Translations under genes and position numbers: made by a program
In this document: in pieces, positions 18,746 through 27,432 of the stretch
Numbering within the stretch: the stretch's first letter is position 1
Layout of the letters: the number at the start of each line of letters is the position of its first letter
From: Acidobacteria bacterium UBA2161
GTDB taxonomy: Bacteria; Acidobacteriota; Vicinamibacteria; Vicinamibacterales; UBA823
DNA length: 64,000 bases
Direction: 5' to 3'
NCBI GenBank assembly: GCA_002328835.1
Contig: DCWN01000043.1
Location: 81,740-145,739, forward strand
Notes under the pieces: generated by a model
The model's input: the letters and a program-made list of their open reading frames with translations, nothing else
Database searches by the model: none
What the model was told of the DNA's origin: nothing

Positions 18746-18758
18746 GGGCCTGCACCCG

Positions 18759-19532
18759 GTGACGACGGTCGCCGTAGGTTTCGTTCTTGGCTACCTCATC
18801 GGCTTGACCGGCGTCGGCGGCGGCGCGCTCATCGCGCCGACGCTGTACGCGATCCTGGGCCTGGGCTACCAGGCCGCCATCGCGGTCTCGCTCATCTACG
18901 CGGTCATCACGAAGATCATCAGCGCCGTCCAGCATCTCCGTCAGGGGTCGGTGCTCTGGCGCGTGACGCTCCTGTATGGGGTCCTGGGGATTCCGGGCGC
19001 CATCCTGGGTTCGCGGCTGGTCTACTGGGCGGGCGACGCGGCCGAAGGCATCTTCCCCTTCATCATGGCCGGCATGCTGGCGCTCGTCGCCTCGCTCATC
19101 GTCTGGGAAGCCGGTGCCGGCGCCCGCGGGCGGCCCAAGCCGTTCTCGCCGGTCGACCTCACCGCGCGCAGCGTGATGGTCGTCGCGGCCGTACAGTTCT
19201 TCGTCGGCATCCTGCTCGGGGCGACGTCGCTGGGCGCCGGCAGCTTCGTGATCCTCTCGATGCTCTACCTCTTCCGGATGCCCGCACGGCAGGTCGTGGG
19301 GTCGAACATCGTCATTGCGATCTTCATGGGCACACCGGCCTGGCTGACGCACTTCGCCGTGGTCGGGATCGACTGGAATCTGCTGGGCCTGCTGATGATT
19401 GGCTCGGTCTTCGGCTCGGTGCTTGGCGCCAAGTCGACGATGCTGGTGCCCGAGCAGCGCCTCAAGCAAGCCGTGGCCGGCCTGATCTACATCGGCGCGA
19501 TCGCGACGTTCGTCAAGGCCTGGACGGGCTGA
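18759..19532 (+). CDS. TauE/SafE-family sulfite/anion exporter
   Basis: Multi-TM protein with duplicated GxGGG-type motifs (LTGVGGGALIAP). GTG at 18759 just after the panE stop; an upstream ATG at 18723 is possible. Confidence 0.7.
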   Translation: MTTVAVGFVLGYLIGLTGVGGGALIAPTLYAILGLGYQAAIAVSLIYAVITKIISAVQHLRQGSVLWRVTLLYGVLGIPGAILGSRLVYWAGDAAEGIFPFIMAGMLALVASLIVWEAGAGARGRPKPFSPVDLTARSVMVVAAVQFFVGILLGATSLGAGSFVILSMLYLFRMPARQVVGSNIVIAIFMGTPAWLTHFAVVGIDWNLLGLLMIGSVFGSVLGAKSTMLVPEQRLKQAVAGLIYIGAIATFVKAWTG

Positions 19533-19577
19533 ATGCTTCTCGCGACCTGACGCGGTGGATGCGGTCGCCGGCGAAGA

Positions 19578-22163
19578 TCAGTGGCCGGCGGTCAGCAGGG
19601 CGTTGAAGAAGACCCGGAACGTGGCGTGTGACTGGGCCCGGTGCTGGGCCCGGAAGCCGATCAGGACGGCCCGGCCGTCTGCCACCGCGACGTCCACGAG
19701 CGCGGCCTGGCCGGCGATCCGCTCGCCGCCTTCCAGCCACCCGCTGAGAAGCGGGTCGCCCTGACCGTAGCGGGCCGCCACACGCGGATCGCCGGCAGCG
19801 CCAGCGTCCACCCGAAACGCCGCGCTCGAGGCGAAGAAGGCGGCAGTCTCGGCCGGCATGCCGAACCCGAGCGGATGGCCGGCCTCCAGGACCAGCGCCA
19901 GGATCGACCCCGGGCAGTAGAACTGGTCGGCCGACAGATCGCCGACTAGGTTCGTGATCGGCAGGTCGAGCGCCGAGATCGCCAGGCTCGTCGAGGAATC
20001 GAGCGCGACGAGTGTGCCGCCGTCCTCGACGAATTGCCGCAACGCGGCGACGCCGGGTGTGCCCAGGCCGCCGGCGAACTCCGGCGGCACCCGGTCGGCC
20101 GGGTGTCCATCGCGCAACTGACGTGATTCGGCGTCGGGCAGGATCACCACATCCACGCGGTCGTTCAGACGACCGGATCGGATGTCGGCGTCGCTGAGCG
20201 ATTCGTAGGCGAACTCGTGCTGCTCCAGGAGCCACCGGGTCCAGCCTTCGTCGATGTTGCTCACCCATGGCTTGTACAGGCCGATGCGTGCTCCGCCGAC
20301 CGCGCGAGTCGTGACGCGCACGGCGCCTCCCCGTACGTCGAGGCCGAGGTCTCGCGCCAGTTGAGCGACGATCGGCTCCGCCCGCTCGGAGGCTGGGACG
20401 ACGATCGCGCCCGCCGCGAATCGCCGGTCGCCGACGGTGACCGGCTCGACCGCCCATGCGGGTTCGAGCCCGGCCGCGCGCAGGCGGTTCACCGCAATCG
20501 CACCGCCATTGCCAGAGCCTTCGATGACGAAGTGCGCGGCGTCGCCGAGTTCTTCGACGCTGCCCGCCTCGACTTCGGCTCGCATCAGCCTGACCAGCGC
20601 CGGCGGTTCGAACGCGTCGGCAACCGTGTCGACCCGAACGCCCATCTGGAGCGGCAGCGTCCAGCCGGCGACGTCGTAGGGCCGCTCGGGCGGCCCGCCG
20701 GGCGAGAGCCGGCGAACCGGATACGCCTGGCGCTCCAGGAGCGTCTTGACGTAGGCCCGGAAGGGCTGGGCCATGAGCACCAGATCGGTGCCGGCCGGAT
20801 ACTCGACATCGCCCGCGCGGAAGGCGGTGCGGGCGCGACGCACCTCGACTCCGCCATCGACCAGTAGATTCGTCAGCGTCGCCGCGGCCGCCGGGTCGTG
20901 CTGCTCTCGCGGAATGACGAACGCAAACGGAGATCCCGCCCGGCCGGCTTCGACCGCGCGACGCCCCATCGCGTAGAAGTTGTCCACCAGGTCCTGGCGG
21001 TATCTCGCGCTCGCCGTCAGGAGGCCCCGCGCGGCGGAGAGGTCGTACTCGATGATGTCGCGGAGCGTCCAGACGCCGCCCGGCCACGGGTTGGGAAAGT
21101 TGGTCTGCGCGCGATAGTCGGGCAGGCCACGCCACGATCCGATCAGGTCGGACGCGGGAACGGTGACCGGATAGGACAGGCGCGCGCTCGCGGCTTCCGT
21201 CAGCAAGCACACGGTGTTGTGCCCGAGCGGCGCCGAGTCTTCGTACCCCGGCCAGTAGTAGTCGTACAACGCGTTGGAGACGACGCCCGAGCGCCCGGCC
21301 CGCTCCAGTTCGAGGGCCATCGCCTGTCCCAGCAGGCCGGCTTCGCGCCAGATGAGGGGGTCGTAGTTTGGATCGAGCGGCGCGTAGTTCGGCGGGACGA
21401 AGAACCGCGGACCGCTCGGTCCCATCTGGTGCATCGAGAGAAACACCTGAGGATGCCACCGGCCGTAGAAGAACGCGGCGAGCGACCGGTTCTCGGCCAT
21501 GTTCAGCATGAACGCATCGCGGTTGATGTCGTGCCCGACGTATTCGTGGTACAGCCACGGCATCGGTGACGCTTCATGGTCGGTGCCACGGTTCCGGTCG
21601 TGCCAGTCGACGACCAGGCGATGGCCGTCGGGGTTGAGCGATGGCAACAGGACGAGCACGACACGGTCGAGCACGTCGAGCGTGGCCGTGTCGTCGGCCG
21701 TGGCCAGTTCGTAGAGCAGCTCGCTCGCAGCCTGGCTGGCGCCGATCTCGGTCGAATGAATGCTGCAGCCGATGGCCACGATGACCGGCTGCTCGGCCGC
21801 GAGCGCCGCGGCCTCGGTCGGGTCGGTGATGCGCGGGTCGGCGAGGCGCTTGTTCACCGCCTGGATTTCATCGAGCCGCTGCAGGTTCCGCGGTGAACTG
21901 ACAAACGCCGCGATGATCCGATTCCCGTCGGTGGTAGCGCCGACGTCACCGATGACGACCCGATCGGAGGCGTCCGCGACGGCGCGCGCGTACGCCACGA
22001 TCTCCGGCCAATCCGCCAGGCGACCGGGCGTCCCCAGCTGAAAGCCGAAGAATCGCTCCGGGGAGGGCTGGGCCGAGGCTGGCGCCGCCGCGCTGCTTGT
22101 GAGGAGCACAGCGAGCAGCAGCGACGCGTATCCGATGCGCGAGCGCGAGACGCTCAACGGCAT
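19578..22163 (-). CDS. large secreted M14-family zinc carboxypeptidase-like protein
   Basis: ORF trimmed to the ATG at 22163 (MPLSVSRSRIGYASLLLAVLL signal). Motifs seen: IHSTEIG (HxxE zinc motif), NPDGH. Confidence 0.75.
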   Translation of the reverse strand: MPLSVSRSRIGYASLLLAVLLTSSAAAPASAQPSPERFFGFQLGTPGRLADWPEIVAYARAVADASDRVVIGDVGATTDGNRIIAAFVSSPRNLQRLDEIQAVNKRLADPRITDPTEAAALAAEQPVIVAIGCSIHSTEIGASQAASELLYELATADDTATLDVLDRVVLVLLPSLNPDGHRLVVDWHDRNRGTDHEASPMPWLYHEYVGHDINRDAFMLNMAENRSLAAFFYGRWHPQVFLSMHQMGPSGPRFFVPPNYAPLDPNYDPLIWREAGLLGQAMALELERAGRSGVVSNALYDYYWPGYEDSAPLGHNTVCLLTEAASARLSYPVTVPASDLIGSWRGLPDYRAQTNFPNPWPGGVWTLRDIIEYDLSAARGLLTASARYRQDLVDNFYAMGRRAVEAGRAGSPFAFVIPREQHDPAAAATLTNLLVDGGVEVRRARTAFRAGDVEYPAGTDLVLMAQPFRAYVKTLLERQAYPVRRLSPGGPPERPYDVAGWTLPLQMGVRVDTVADAFEPPALVRLMRAEVEAGSVEELGDAAHFVIEGSGNGGAIAVNRLRAAGLEPAWAVEPVTVGDRRFAAGAIVVPASERAEPIVAQLARDLGLDVRGGAVRVTTRAVGGARIGLYKPWVSNIDEGWTRWLLEQHEFAYESLSDADIRSGRLNDRVDVVILPDAESRQLRDGHPADRVPPEFAGGLGTPGVAALRQFVEDGGTLVALDSSTSLAISALDLPITNLVGDLSADQFYCPGSILALVLEAGHPLGFGMPAETAAFFASSAAFRVDAGAAGDPRVAARYGQGDPLLSGWLEGGERIAGQAALVDVAVADGRAVLIGFRAQHRAQSHATFRVFFNALLTAGH

Positions 22164-22266
22164 GATCACCTCGACGTTCGTCTTGGAAACGCGGCACCGG
22201 CCGTCCGGCCGCCGCGAAGGTGCGGCCATCATAGCAAACCTTCCTGGACGGCCGGCCGACGGGAAC

Positions 22267-23290
22267 TTAGAGGCTGGGCGACTGTTCGCGGACGTCCTGC
22301 AGCAGCTGTTTCGAGAGGATCACGACGGGTGCGTCGCCGTCCGGCTCGTCCGAGCGATCGCGCTTGGCAATTCGGACACGCTGGATGCGACAACCCGACG
22401 GGTAGGCGACGAGGGCAACCGGCGCCGGCACCGAGAGCGTGCGCAGCAGGCCGTCGGCGTCGTCCGCCGGCTCGGCGGGGGCGCTCGTACCGACCGGCAG
22501 CGGCCCTGCGCGGTCGGTTCGCAGCGCCCAGGCCGCGAGCCGTCGCGCCGGATTCGAGGCCGGTCGCGGGGGCCTCGGGGTGGGCCGAGGGCGAACCCCC
22601 TCCGGCGCCACCGTCGGTGGCGGCGTGTCGACGGACGCCGGCGAGTCGGTTTCGGGAGCGGCCGAACTGGACCGCTCGAAAGGATGGAGGTCCTTCCTCA
22701 ACATGCCGATCGTCTTCACGAACCACGACTGCGCCGCCGCGGTTCCGCTCTGCTCGATCGGCGTGGGCTCCTCGATGGGTGCCTGCCGGCGGGCGCCGTC
22801 GTTCACGACCTCGACCATCGATTCGAGCCGATCGTCGAGTGCCTGCAGCAACGGATCGTCGACCGCGGCGTCGTCGGTCTCCGGCTTCGGCGGTTGCGGC
22901 TCGGCCTCGTCGACGATCTCGCCGGAGATTGCGTCCGACCCCGAAGCCGGGGCGGCGAGTACCGCGGAGAGTTCGATCTCCTCCTACCCCGCCTGTTTCG
23001 CCGGGGCGACCGGGGTGGTTGTGACCACCGGTGCGGCCGGCGCGGGGGTCGCCTCCCCGCGCCGCTGCTCGGCGGCCACGGCCGCCCGTTCCGCGGCCTC
23101 GACGTCGCGCCGCGCCTGCTCCCGCGCGCGCTCCGCATCCTTGCGCTGTCGTTCGGCGTCGCTCGCGGCCTGCTCGGCGGCTTCCACGTCGCGGCGTGCC
23201 TGTTCGCGCACCGCCTCAGCGGCCTTGCGTTGCTGCTCGGCTTCTTCGACGGTGCGCGCGGCGGCCGCGCCGGAACTGCTGACCGCGTCG
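22267..23290 (-). pseudogene. Pro-rich / coiled-coil hypothetical protein, interrupted by an in-frame TAG (22984-22986) and lacking a credible 5' end
   Basis: Track ORFs 22267..22851 and 22984..23391 are in the same frame. Reading across the TAG gives ...PAKQAG*EEIELSAVLAAPASG... with coding-like GC3 on both sides. Confidence 0.4.
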
Positions 23291-23611
23291 ATGTCAGCTG
23301 TCGGACTGGCGATCGTCGTGGGAGGCAAGCTCTCCCTCGGTCGGAGCTTCGGCCTGCTGCCCGCACACCGTGGCATCGTCGTGTCCGGCATGTACCGCCT
23401 CGTCCGGCATCCGATCTATCTCGGGTACCTCGTGACACATCTGGCGTTCCTCTGCGCGCATCCGCTGGCCTGGAACCTTACGGTCCTCGCCGCCGCAGAT
23501 CTGGCGCTCGTCGTCCGGGCGTCGCTCGAGGAGCGGACGCTGGTGAGGGATCCCGATTACGCGCGGTACCGGGCCGGCGTGCGCTGGCGCCTCGTGCCGG
23601 GCCTGCTGTAG
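23291..23611 (+). pseudogene. isoprenylcysteine carboxyl methyltransferase (ICMT/PEMT)-family fragment, C-terminal half only
   Basis: Family core present: GRSFGLLPAHRGIVVSGMYRLVRHPIYLGYL...EERTLVRDPDYARYRAGVRWRLVP. The N-terminal TM helices are missing; the upstream in-frame sequence is an antisense shadow of the coiled-coil ORF. Confidence 0.5.
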
Positions 23612-23637
23612 CGGTTAAGCGGGAGAGGGCAGCGGGG

Positions 23638-23913
23638 TCAAGCCTGGCGCAGCACCGCGACCGTCGCGCCCAGATGGCTGTCGGGTGCATCGGCGAAGCT
23701 CTCGACCAGGGCGTGTCGTTCCAGAGCTGCCTGGACGATCCCTCGCTGCGTCCCCACGCCTCGGCCGTGAATGATCCGGATTTCCATGAGGCCGGCCGCG
23801 TGGGCCGCGTGCACGTACTCGTCGACGACCGATTTCACGTCACGCGGCGCGAAGGGGTGGAGGTCGAGTAAGCCGTCGATCGGCAGGCGATGCGCCCGGC
23901 CGTCGTCATTCAC
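23638..23913 (-). CDS. Smr (small MutS-related) domain protein
   Basis: LDLHP...[11 protein letters not shown] is Smr-like. The GTG start overlaps the queF stop (GTGA). Confidence 0.75.
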   Translation of the reverse strand: MNDDGRAHRLPIDGLLDLHPFAPRDVKSVVDEYVHAAHAAGLMEIRIIHGRGVGTQRGIVQAALERHALVESFADAPDSHLGATVAVLRQA

Positions 23914-24293
23914 GAGGTGGCGTCAGGCCCGGCATCGTCGTAGGTGGCAGTCACCGACGTCGTGATGCCCCCACGCACCGAGAAATCACCGACGACTTTC
24001 ATCCGTCTCGGGCGGCAGGTGGCGACGAGGTCGTCGAGGATCTGGTTGGTCGCCGCCTCGTAAAAAATCCCTTTGTTCCGGTATTCGATGAGGTAATATT
24101 TCAGCGCCTTCAGCTCGATGCACTGCTGGTCGGGCACGTAGGTGATCCGGATCTCGCCGAAGTCCGGCAGCCCAGTCTTGGGACACACTGACGTGAACTC
24201 CGGGCAATGGATCGCGATCTCGTAATTGCGGTCGGGACGAGGGTTAGGGAAAGTCTCGATCGCGGCGCCTGGCATATCGAAGGATCTTAGCAC
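23910..24293 (-). CDS. queF: NADPH-dependent 7-cyano-7-deazaguanine (preQ0) reductase
   Basis: Motifs seen: [15 protein letters not shown] (catalytic Cys), [13 protein letters not shown]. Alternative ATG start at 24275. Confidence 0.88.
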   Translation of the reverse strand: MLRSFDMPGAAIETFPNPRPDRNYEIAIHCPEFTSVCPKTGLPDFGEIRITYVPDQQCIELKALKYYLIEYRNKGIFYEAATNQILDDLVATCRPRRMKVVGDFSVRGGITTSVTATYDDAGPDATS

Positions 24294-24298
24294 TGGCG

Positions 24299-24314
24299 TG
24301 GCACGAGGCTTGCG
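24299..24314 (+). promoter_or_regulatory. sigma-54 (-24/-12) promoter candidate facing the HU-family gene
   Basis: TGGCACGAGGCTTGCG matches TGGCACG-N4-TTGC at all conserved positions with correct spacing. It is intergenic. Confidence 0.55.
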
Positions 24315-24334
24315 CCAGCGAAATCACGGCATCA

Positions 24335-24363
24335 TTGACACCGGCACAGCCGCGAGCTAGCAT
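24335..24363 (+). promoter_or_regulatory. sigma-70-type promoter candidate (TTGACA-17-TAGCAT)
   Basis: Consensus -35, a 17-nt spacer and a 4/6 -10 match, about 90 nt upstream of the HU start. A hairpin GCGGTTT-N8-AAACCGC at 24367-24388 follows. Confidence 0.45.
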
Positions 24364-24454
24364 ACGGCGGTTTTTGGGTTGAAACCGCGACCGTCGCCCG
24401 CGCGCGCGATGGTCGGCAGGATCTACTTTGCGCGCTCAAGTCAGGGGGACGCCG

Positions 24455-24757
24455 ATGGCCGACGCCCGAAGGATGGGCAAGTCCGAACTCTTCTCGCACT
24501 TCGCGGAGCGGTTCCAGATAAAACGGGCTCAGGCTCGTGAGATCTTCGACGAGTTGAATTCGCTCGCCGAATCGGAGCTGAAGCGAGCAGGCGAGTTCGT
24601 GCTGCCGGGAATGTGCAAGCTGGTAGTGCAGAAGCGGAAGGCGCGGTTGGGCCGCAATCCCGCCACGGGTGAGACGATCAAGATTCCCGCGAAGACCGTC
24701 GTGAAGGCGCGAATCGCGAAGCAGTTGAAGGACACCGTACTTCCGGTGAAGAAGTAG
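24455..24757 (+). CDS. HU/IHF-family DNA-binding protein
   Basis: ATG at 24455 after AGGGGGA. Typical HU arm: FVLPGMCKLVVQKRKARLGRNPATGETIKIPAKTVVK. Confidence 0.85.
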   Translation: MADARRMGKSELFSHFAERFQIKRAQAREIFDELNSLAESELKRAGEFVLPGMCKLVVQKRKARLGRNPATGETIKIPAKTVVKARIAKQLKDTVLPVKK

Positions 24758-24801
24758 TCGGTCGGCCGTTACAGCATCGCGTCCTCGACTTCGTCCGGCT
24801 G

Positions 24802-24833
24802 GGTCTCGATGGCCGTCCTGTGGCATCGAGACC
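24802..24833. terminator. candidate bidirectional hairpin between the convergent HU and sigma-54 activator genes
   Basis: GGTCTCGATG-N12-CATCGAGACC, a 10-bp stem. There is no U-tract, so this is weak. Confidence 0.3.
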
Positions 24834-24857
24834 TGGCCCGGCGACCTACCGATAGCG

Positions 24858-26249
24858 TCAGGCTCCGCGTAGCCGTCGGGCGAGTTCCCTGATGTCCAGC
24901 CGCCCCATCTTGTGTTTCAGCGTGCTGAGCGGGATTCCTAGGTAGCGAGCCGTCGCCGAGACGTTCCACTCCGAGCGTTCGAGCGCGCGCAGGATGAAGT
25001 TTCGCTCGAACGTGTCGCACGCCTCCTGGAGCCGGTTCTCGTTGCCGTCCGTACCGGCTGTGTCCAGGCGCGCCAGGTGATACTCGATCGGCAAGTCCTC
25101 GTCGGTGATCCAGGGCTTGTCGCTGAACGCGATGAGCCGCTCGATCAGGTTCTCCAATTCGCGGATATTGCCGGGCCACCAGTGGCTCGAGAGCAGTTTG
25201 ATGGCCGAGTCCGACACACCCTCCACGGCCTTCTTGAATCTCCCGTTGTAGCGCTCGACGAACTGCCGGCAGAGGTCCGGGATATCCTCGGGCCGCTCGC
25301 GCAGCGGCGGCATCCGGATCGGAATGACGTTGATCCTGTAGAAGAGGTCCTCCCGGAAGCGGCCGTCCTTGACCGCCTTCTCCAGATCGACGTTCGTCGC
25401 GACGATGAGCCGGAAGTCCGTCTGAATCGGCTTCTGGCTGCCGATCCGCTCGATCTCGCCTTCCTGAATCGCCCGAAGCAGCTTGGCCTGCAAGTCGATC
25501 CGGAGTTCGCCAATCTCGTCGAGGAAGAGGGTGCCGCCGGTGGCGAGTTCGAACTTGCCTAGCTGCTGTCGGTGCGCGCCGGTGAACGAACCGCGCTCGT
25601 GGCCGAAGAGCGTACTCTCGACCAGGTCGGCCGGGATCGCGGCCAGGTTGACCGGAATGAACGGCCCCGAGGCGTGGTCGGACTTGCGGTGGATGAGCCG
25701 GGCCAGCAACTCCTTGCCGGTGCCGCTCTCGCCCAGAATCAGGACCGTGGCTGAGAGCTGCGACACCTTGTCGACGAGACCCACGATGTCGCGGAGCGAC
25801 TTACTCGATCCAATGACCAGCTCCGGTGCGTCCTGGTCGGCGACCTGCGCCGTGAGCGAGACGACCTGACGGCTCAGTTCCTGACGCTCGACCGCGAGGC
25901 GCACGAGTGACTGCAGTGCGTCGTGCGCCACATCCTTCGTGACGTAGTGGAAGGCGCCGTGCTTCATCGACTGCACGACGGTCTCGACCTCGTCGATCGC
26001 CGAGATCATGATGACCTCGACGTCGGCGTAGTTCTCTCTGGCGATCTGCAGCAGCTCGAACCCGCTGATGCCCGGCTGGCGAACGTCGACGAGCATCACG
26101 TTCACGGCCTGCTCGCGGAGGTCGGCGATCGCCTCTTCCGCGCTCAGCGCGGATACGACGTGGTAATCGGTCTTGAGCGGCGTGGTCAGCGCGGCACGTG
26201 CCGAGTCGTCGTCGTCGACGATGAGCACCGTCTTCTGCTTGCGGGTCAT
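24858..26249 (-). CDS. sigma-54-dependent response regulator (NtrC family: REC + AAA+ + Fis-type HTH)
   Basis: Motifs seen: LIVDDDD...MLVDV (receiver Asp), GESGTGKE (Walker A), ERGSFTGA (GAFTGA-type sigma-54 contact loop), and the C-terminal HTH ARYLGIPLSTLKHKM. Confidence 0.9.
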   Translation of the reverse strand: MTRKQKTVLIVDDDDSARAALTTPLKTDYHVVSALSAEEAIADLREQAVNVMLVDVRQPGISGFELLQIARENYADVEVIMISAIDEVETVVQSMKHGAFHYVTKDVAHDALQSLVRLAVERQELSRQVVSLTAQVADQDAPELVIGSSKSLRDIVGLVDKVSQLSATVLILGESGTGKELLARLIHRKSDHASGPFIPVNLAAIPADLVESTLFGHERGSFTGAHRQQLGKFELATGGTLFLDEIGELRIDLQAKLLRAIQEGEIERIGSQKPIQTDFRLIVATNVDLEKAVKDGRFREDLFYRINVIPIRMPPLRERPEDIPDLCRQFVERYNGRFKKAVEGVSDSAIKLLSSHWWPGNIRELENLIERLIAFSDKPWITDEDLPIEYHLARLDTAGTDGNENRLQEACDTFERNFILRALERSEWNVSATARYLGIPLSTLKHKMGRLDIRELARRLRGA

Positions 26250-26319
26250 GATCGGGATGCACGCCGTTGAAGGATTCGGTATTGTAGGTCTCGCTCCGAG
26301 GCCGGTGCAAGGCTCGGAC

Positions 26320-26325
26320 TACAAT
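26320..26325 (+). promoter_or_regulatory. -10 box (TACAAT) 9 nt upstream of the E1alpha ATG
   Basis: GGACTACAATAGCGTGCGAATG. No SD between the box and the ATG, implying a very short or absent leader. Confidence 0.35.
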
Positions 26326-26334
26326 AGCGTGCGA

Positions 26335-27432
26335 ATGCCCACGTCGACGGCCACGCGACCATCGGAGGATCTGACTCGGGACGATCGTCTCGAGCTGTAC
26401 TACTTTGCCCGGTTGACGCGCGACATCGAGGAGCGCCTCGCGGTGCTCTATCGTCAGAACAAGGTCGTCGGCGGTCTGTACCGCAGCCTCGGCCAGGAAG
26501 GCGAGTCGGTGGCGTCTGCCTACGCGCTCGCCGAGGACGACGCCGTGGCCGCCCTCATCCGGAACCTGGGCTCGCTGATCGTGCAGGGCATCCGTCCGCG
26601 CGCCGTCTTCTCCCAGTACATGGCCAAGGGCACGTCGCCGACCCGCGGGCGCGATCTCAATCTGCATTTTTCGCACATTCCCGACGACGGCGGCCCGATC
26701 GTCGTCGGGCCGATCAGCATGCTGGGCGACCTGGTGCCGGTCATGGCCGGGGTCGGTCTGGGTGCCCGGATGCAGGGCCGCTCGCTCGTCGGCATGACCT
26801 ACATCGGTGACGGTGGCACCAGCACCGGGGCGTTTCATGAAGGGATGAACTTCGCGGCGGTCCAGAAGCTTCCTCTGGTGGTCATCGCCGAGGACAACAA
26901 GTACGCCTACTCGACCCCGGTGAGCCAGCAGATGGCCCTCGCGCGGATCGACCAGCGCGCCGATGCTTATGGCATCCCGCATGAGATGGTCGACGGCAAC
27001 GATATGTTGGCCGTGTACGACGCCGCCAGACGGGCCGTCGTTCGGGCGCGCCAGGGTGACGGGCCGTCGCTCGTCGGCGTCGACACGATGCGGATGCGGG
27101 GGCACGCCGAGCACGATGACATGCGCTACATGTCGAAGCCGCTGCTCGATGCCTGGAAGGCCCGGGACCCGATCGCGCGCTACCGCGACCACCTCATCGA
27201 GACCGAAATCGCGACCGAGACCGATCTGGCCGACATCGACGCGATGAGCCTGGCGTACGCCGAGGCCGAGGCCGAACTGGCCGAGGCCGAGCCGGCGCCC
27301 GATCCGGACACGGCGGCGGGCGGCGTCTTCGCCGGTGAACACTTCCAGCCGACGGTGGATATCGTGCACTCGCCATTCCGGAAGAAGCGCGGGGCGCCGC
27401 GCCATGCCCCGGCGGCCGAGGCGAGGTCCTGA
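26335..27432 (+). CDS. 2-oxoacid dehydrogenase E1 component, alpha subunit (PDH/BCKDH heterotetrameric type)
   Basis: ORF 26173..27432 trimmed to ATG 26335. TPP motif YIGDGGTSTGAFHEGMNFAAV...IAEDNKYA. Confidence 0.88.
   Translation: MPTSTATRPSEDLTRDDRLELYYFARLTRDIEERLAVLYRQNKVVGGLYRSLGQEGESVASAYALAEDDAVAALIRNLGSLIVQGIRPRAVFSQYMAKGTSPTRGRDLNLHFSHIPDDGGPIVVGPISMLGDLVPVMAGVGLGARMQGRSLVGMTYIGDGGTSTGAFHEGMNFAAVQKLPLVVIAEDNKYAYSTPVSQQMALARIDQRADAYGIPHEMVDGNDMLAVYDAARRAVVRARQGDGPSLVGVDTMRMRGHAEHDDMRYMSKPLLDAWKARDPIARYRDHLIETEIATETDLADIDAMSLAYAEAEAELAEAEPAPDPDTAAGGVFAGEHFQPTVDIVHSPFRKKRGAPRHAPAAEARS

Noticed and set aside
24294-24454. A preQ1 riboswitch upstream of queF (minus strand), prompted by GCGGTTTCAACCCAAAAACCGC.
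   Set aside because: This is a plain 7-bp hairpin with an 8-nt loop about 75-95 nt from the queF start. It lacks the short P1 stem plus A-rich tail and pseudoknot arrangement adjacent to the SD that preQ1-I aptamers have. It is equally part of the HU-gene 5' region on the other strand.
26270-26286. AAGGATTCGGTATTGTA as the sigma-54 promoter of the 2-oxoacid dehydrogenase operon.
   Set aside because: The spacing is right, but the -12 element is GT rather than the near-invariant GC, and the -24 region matches only the GG. It is too weak to call a feature, so it appears only inside a finding.
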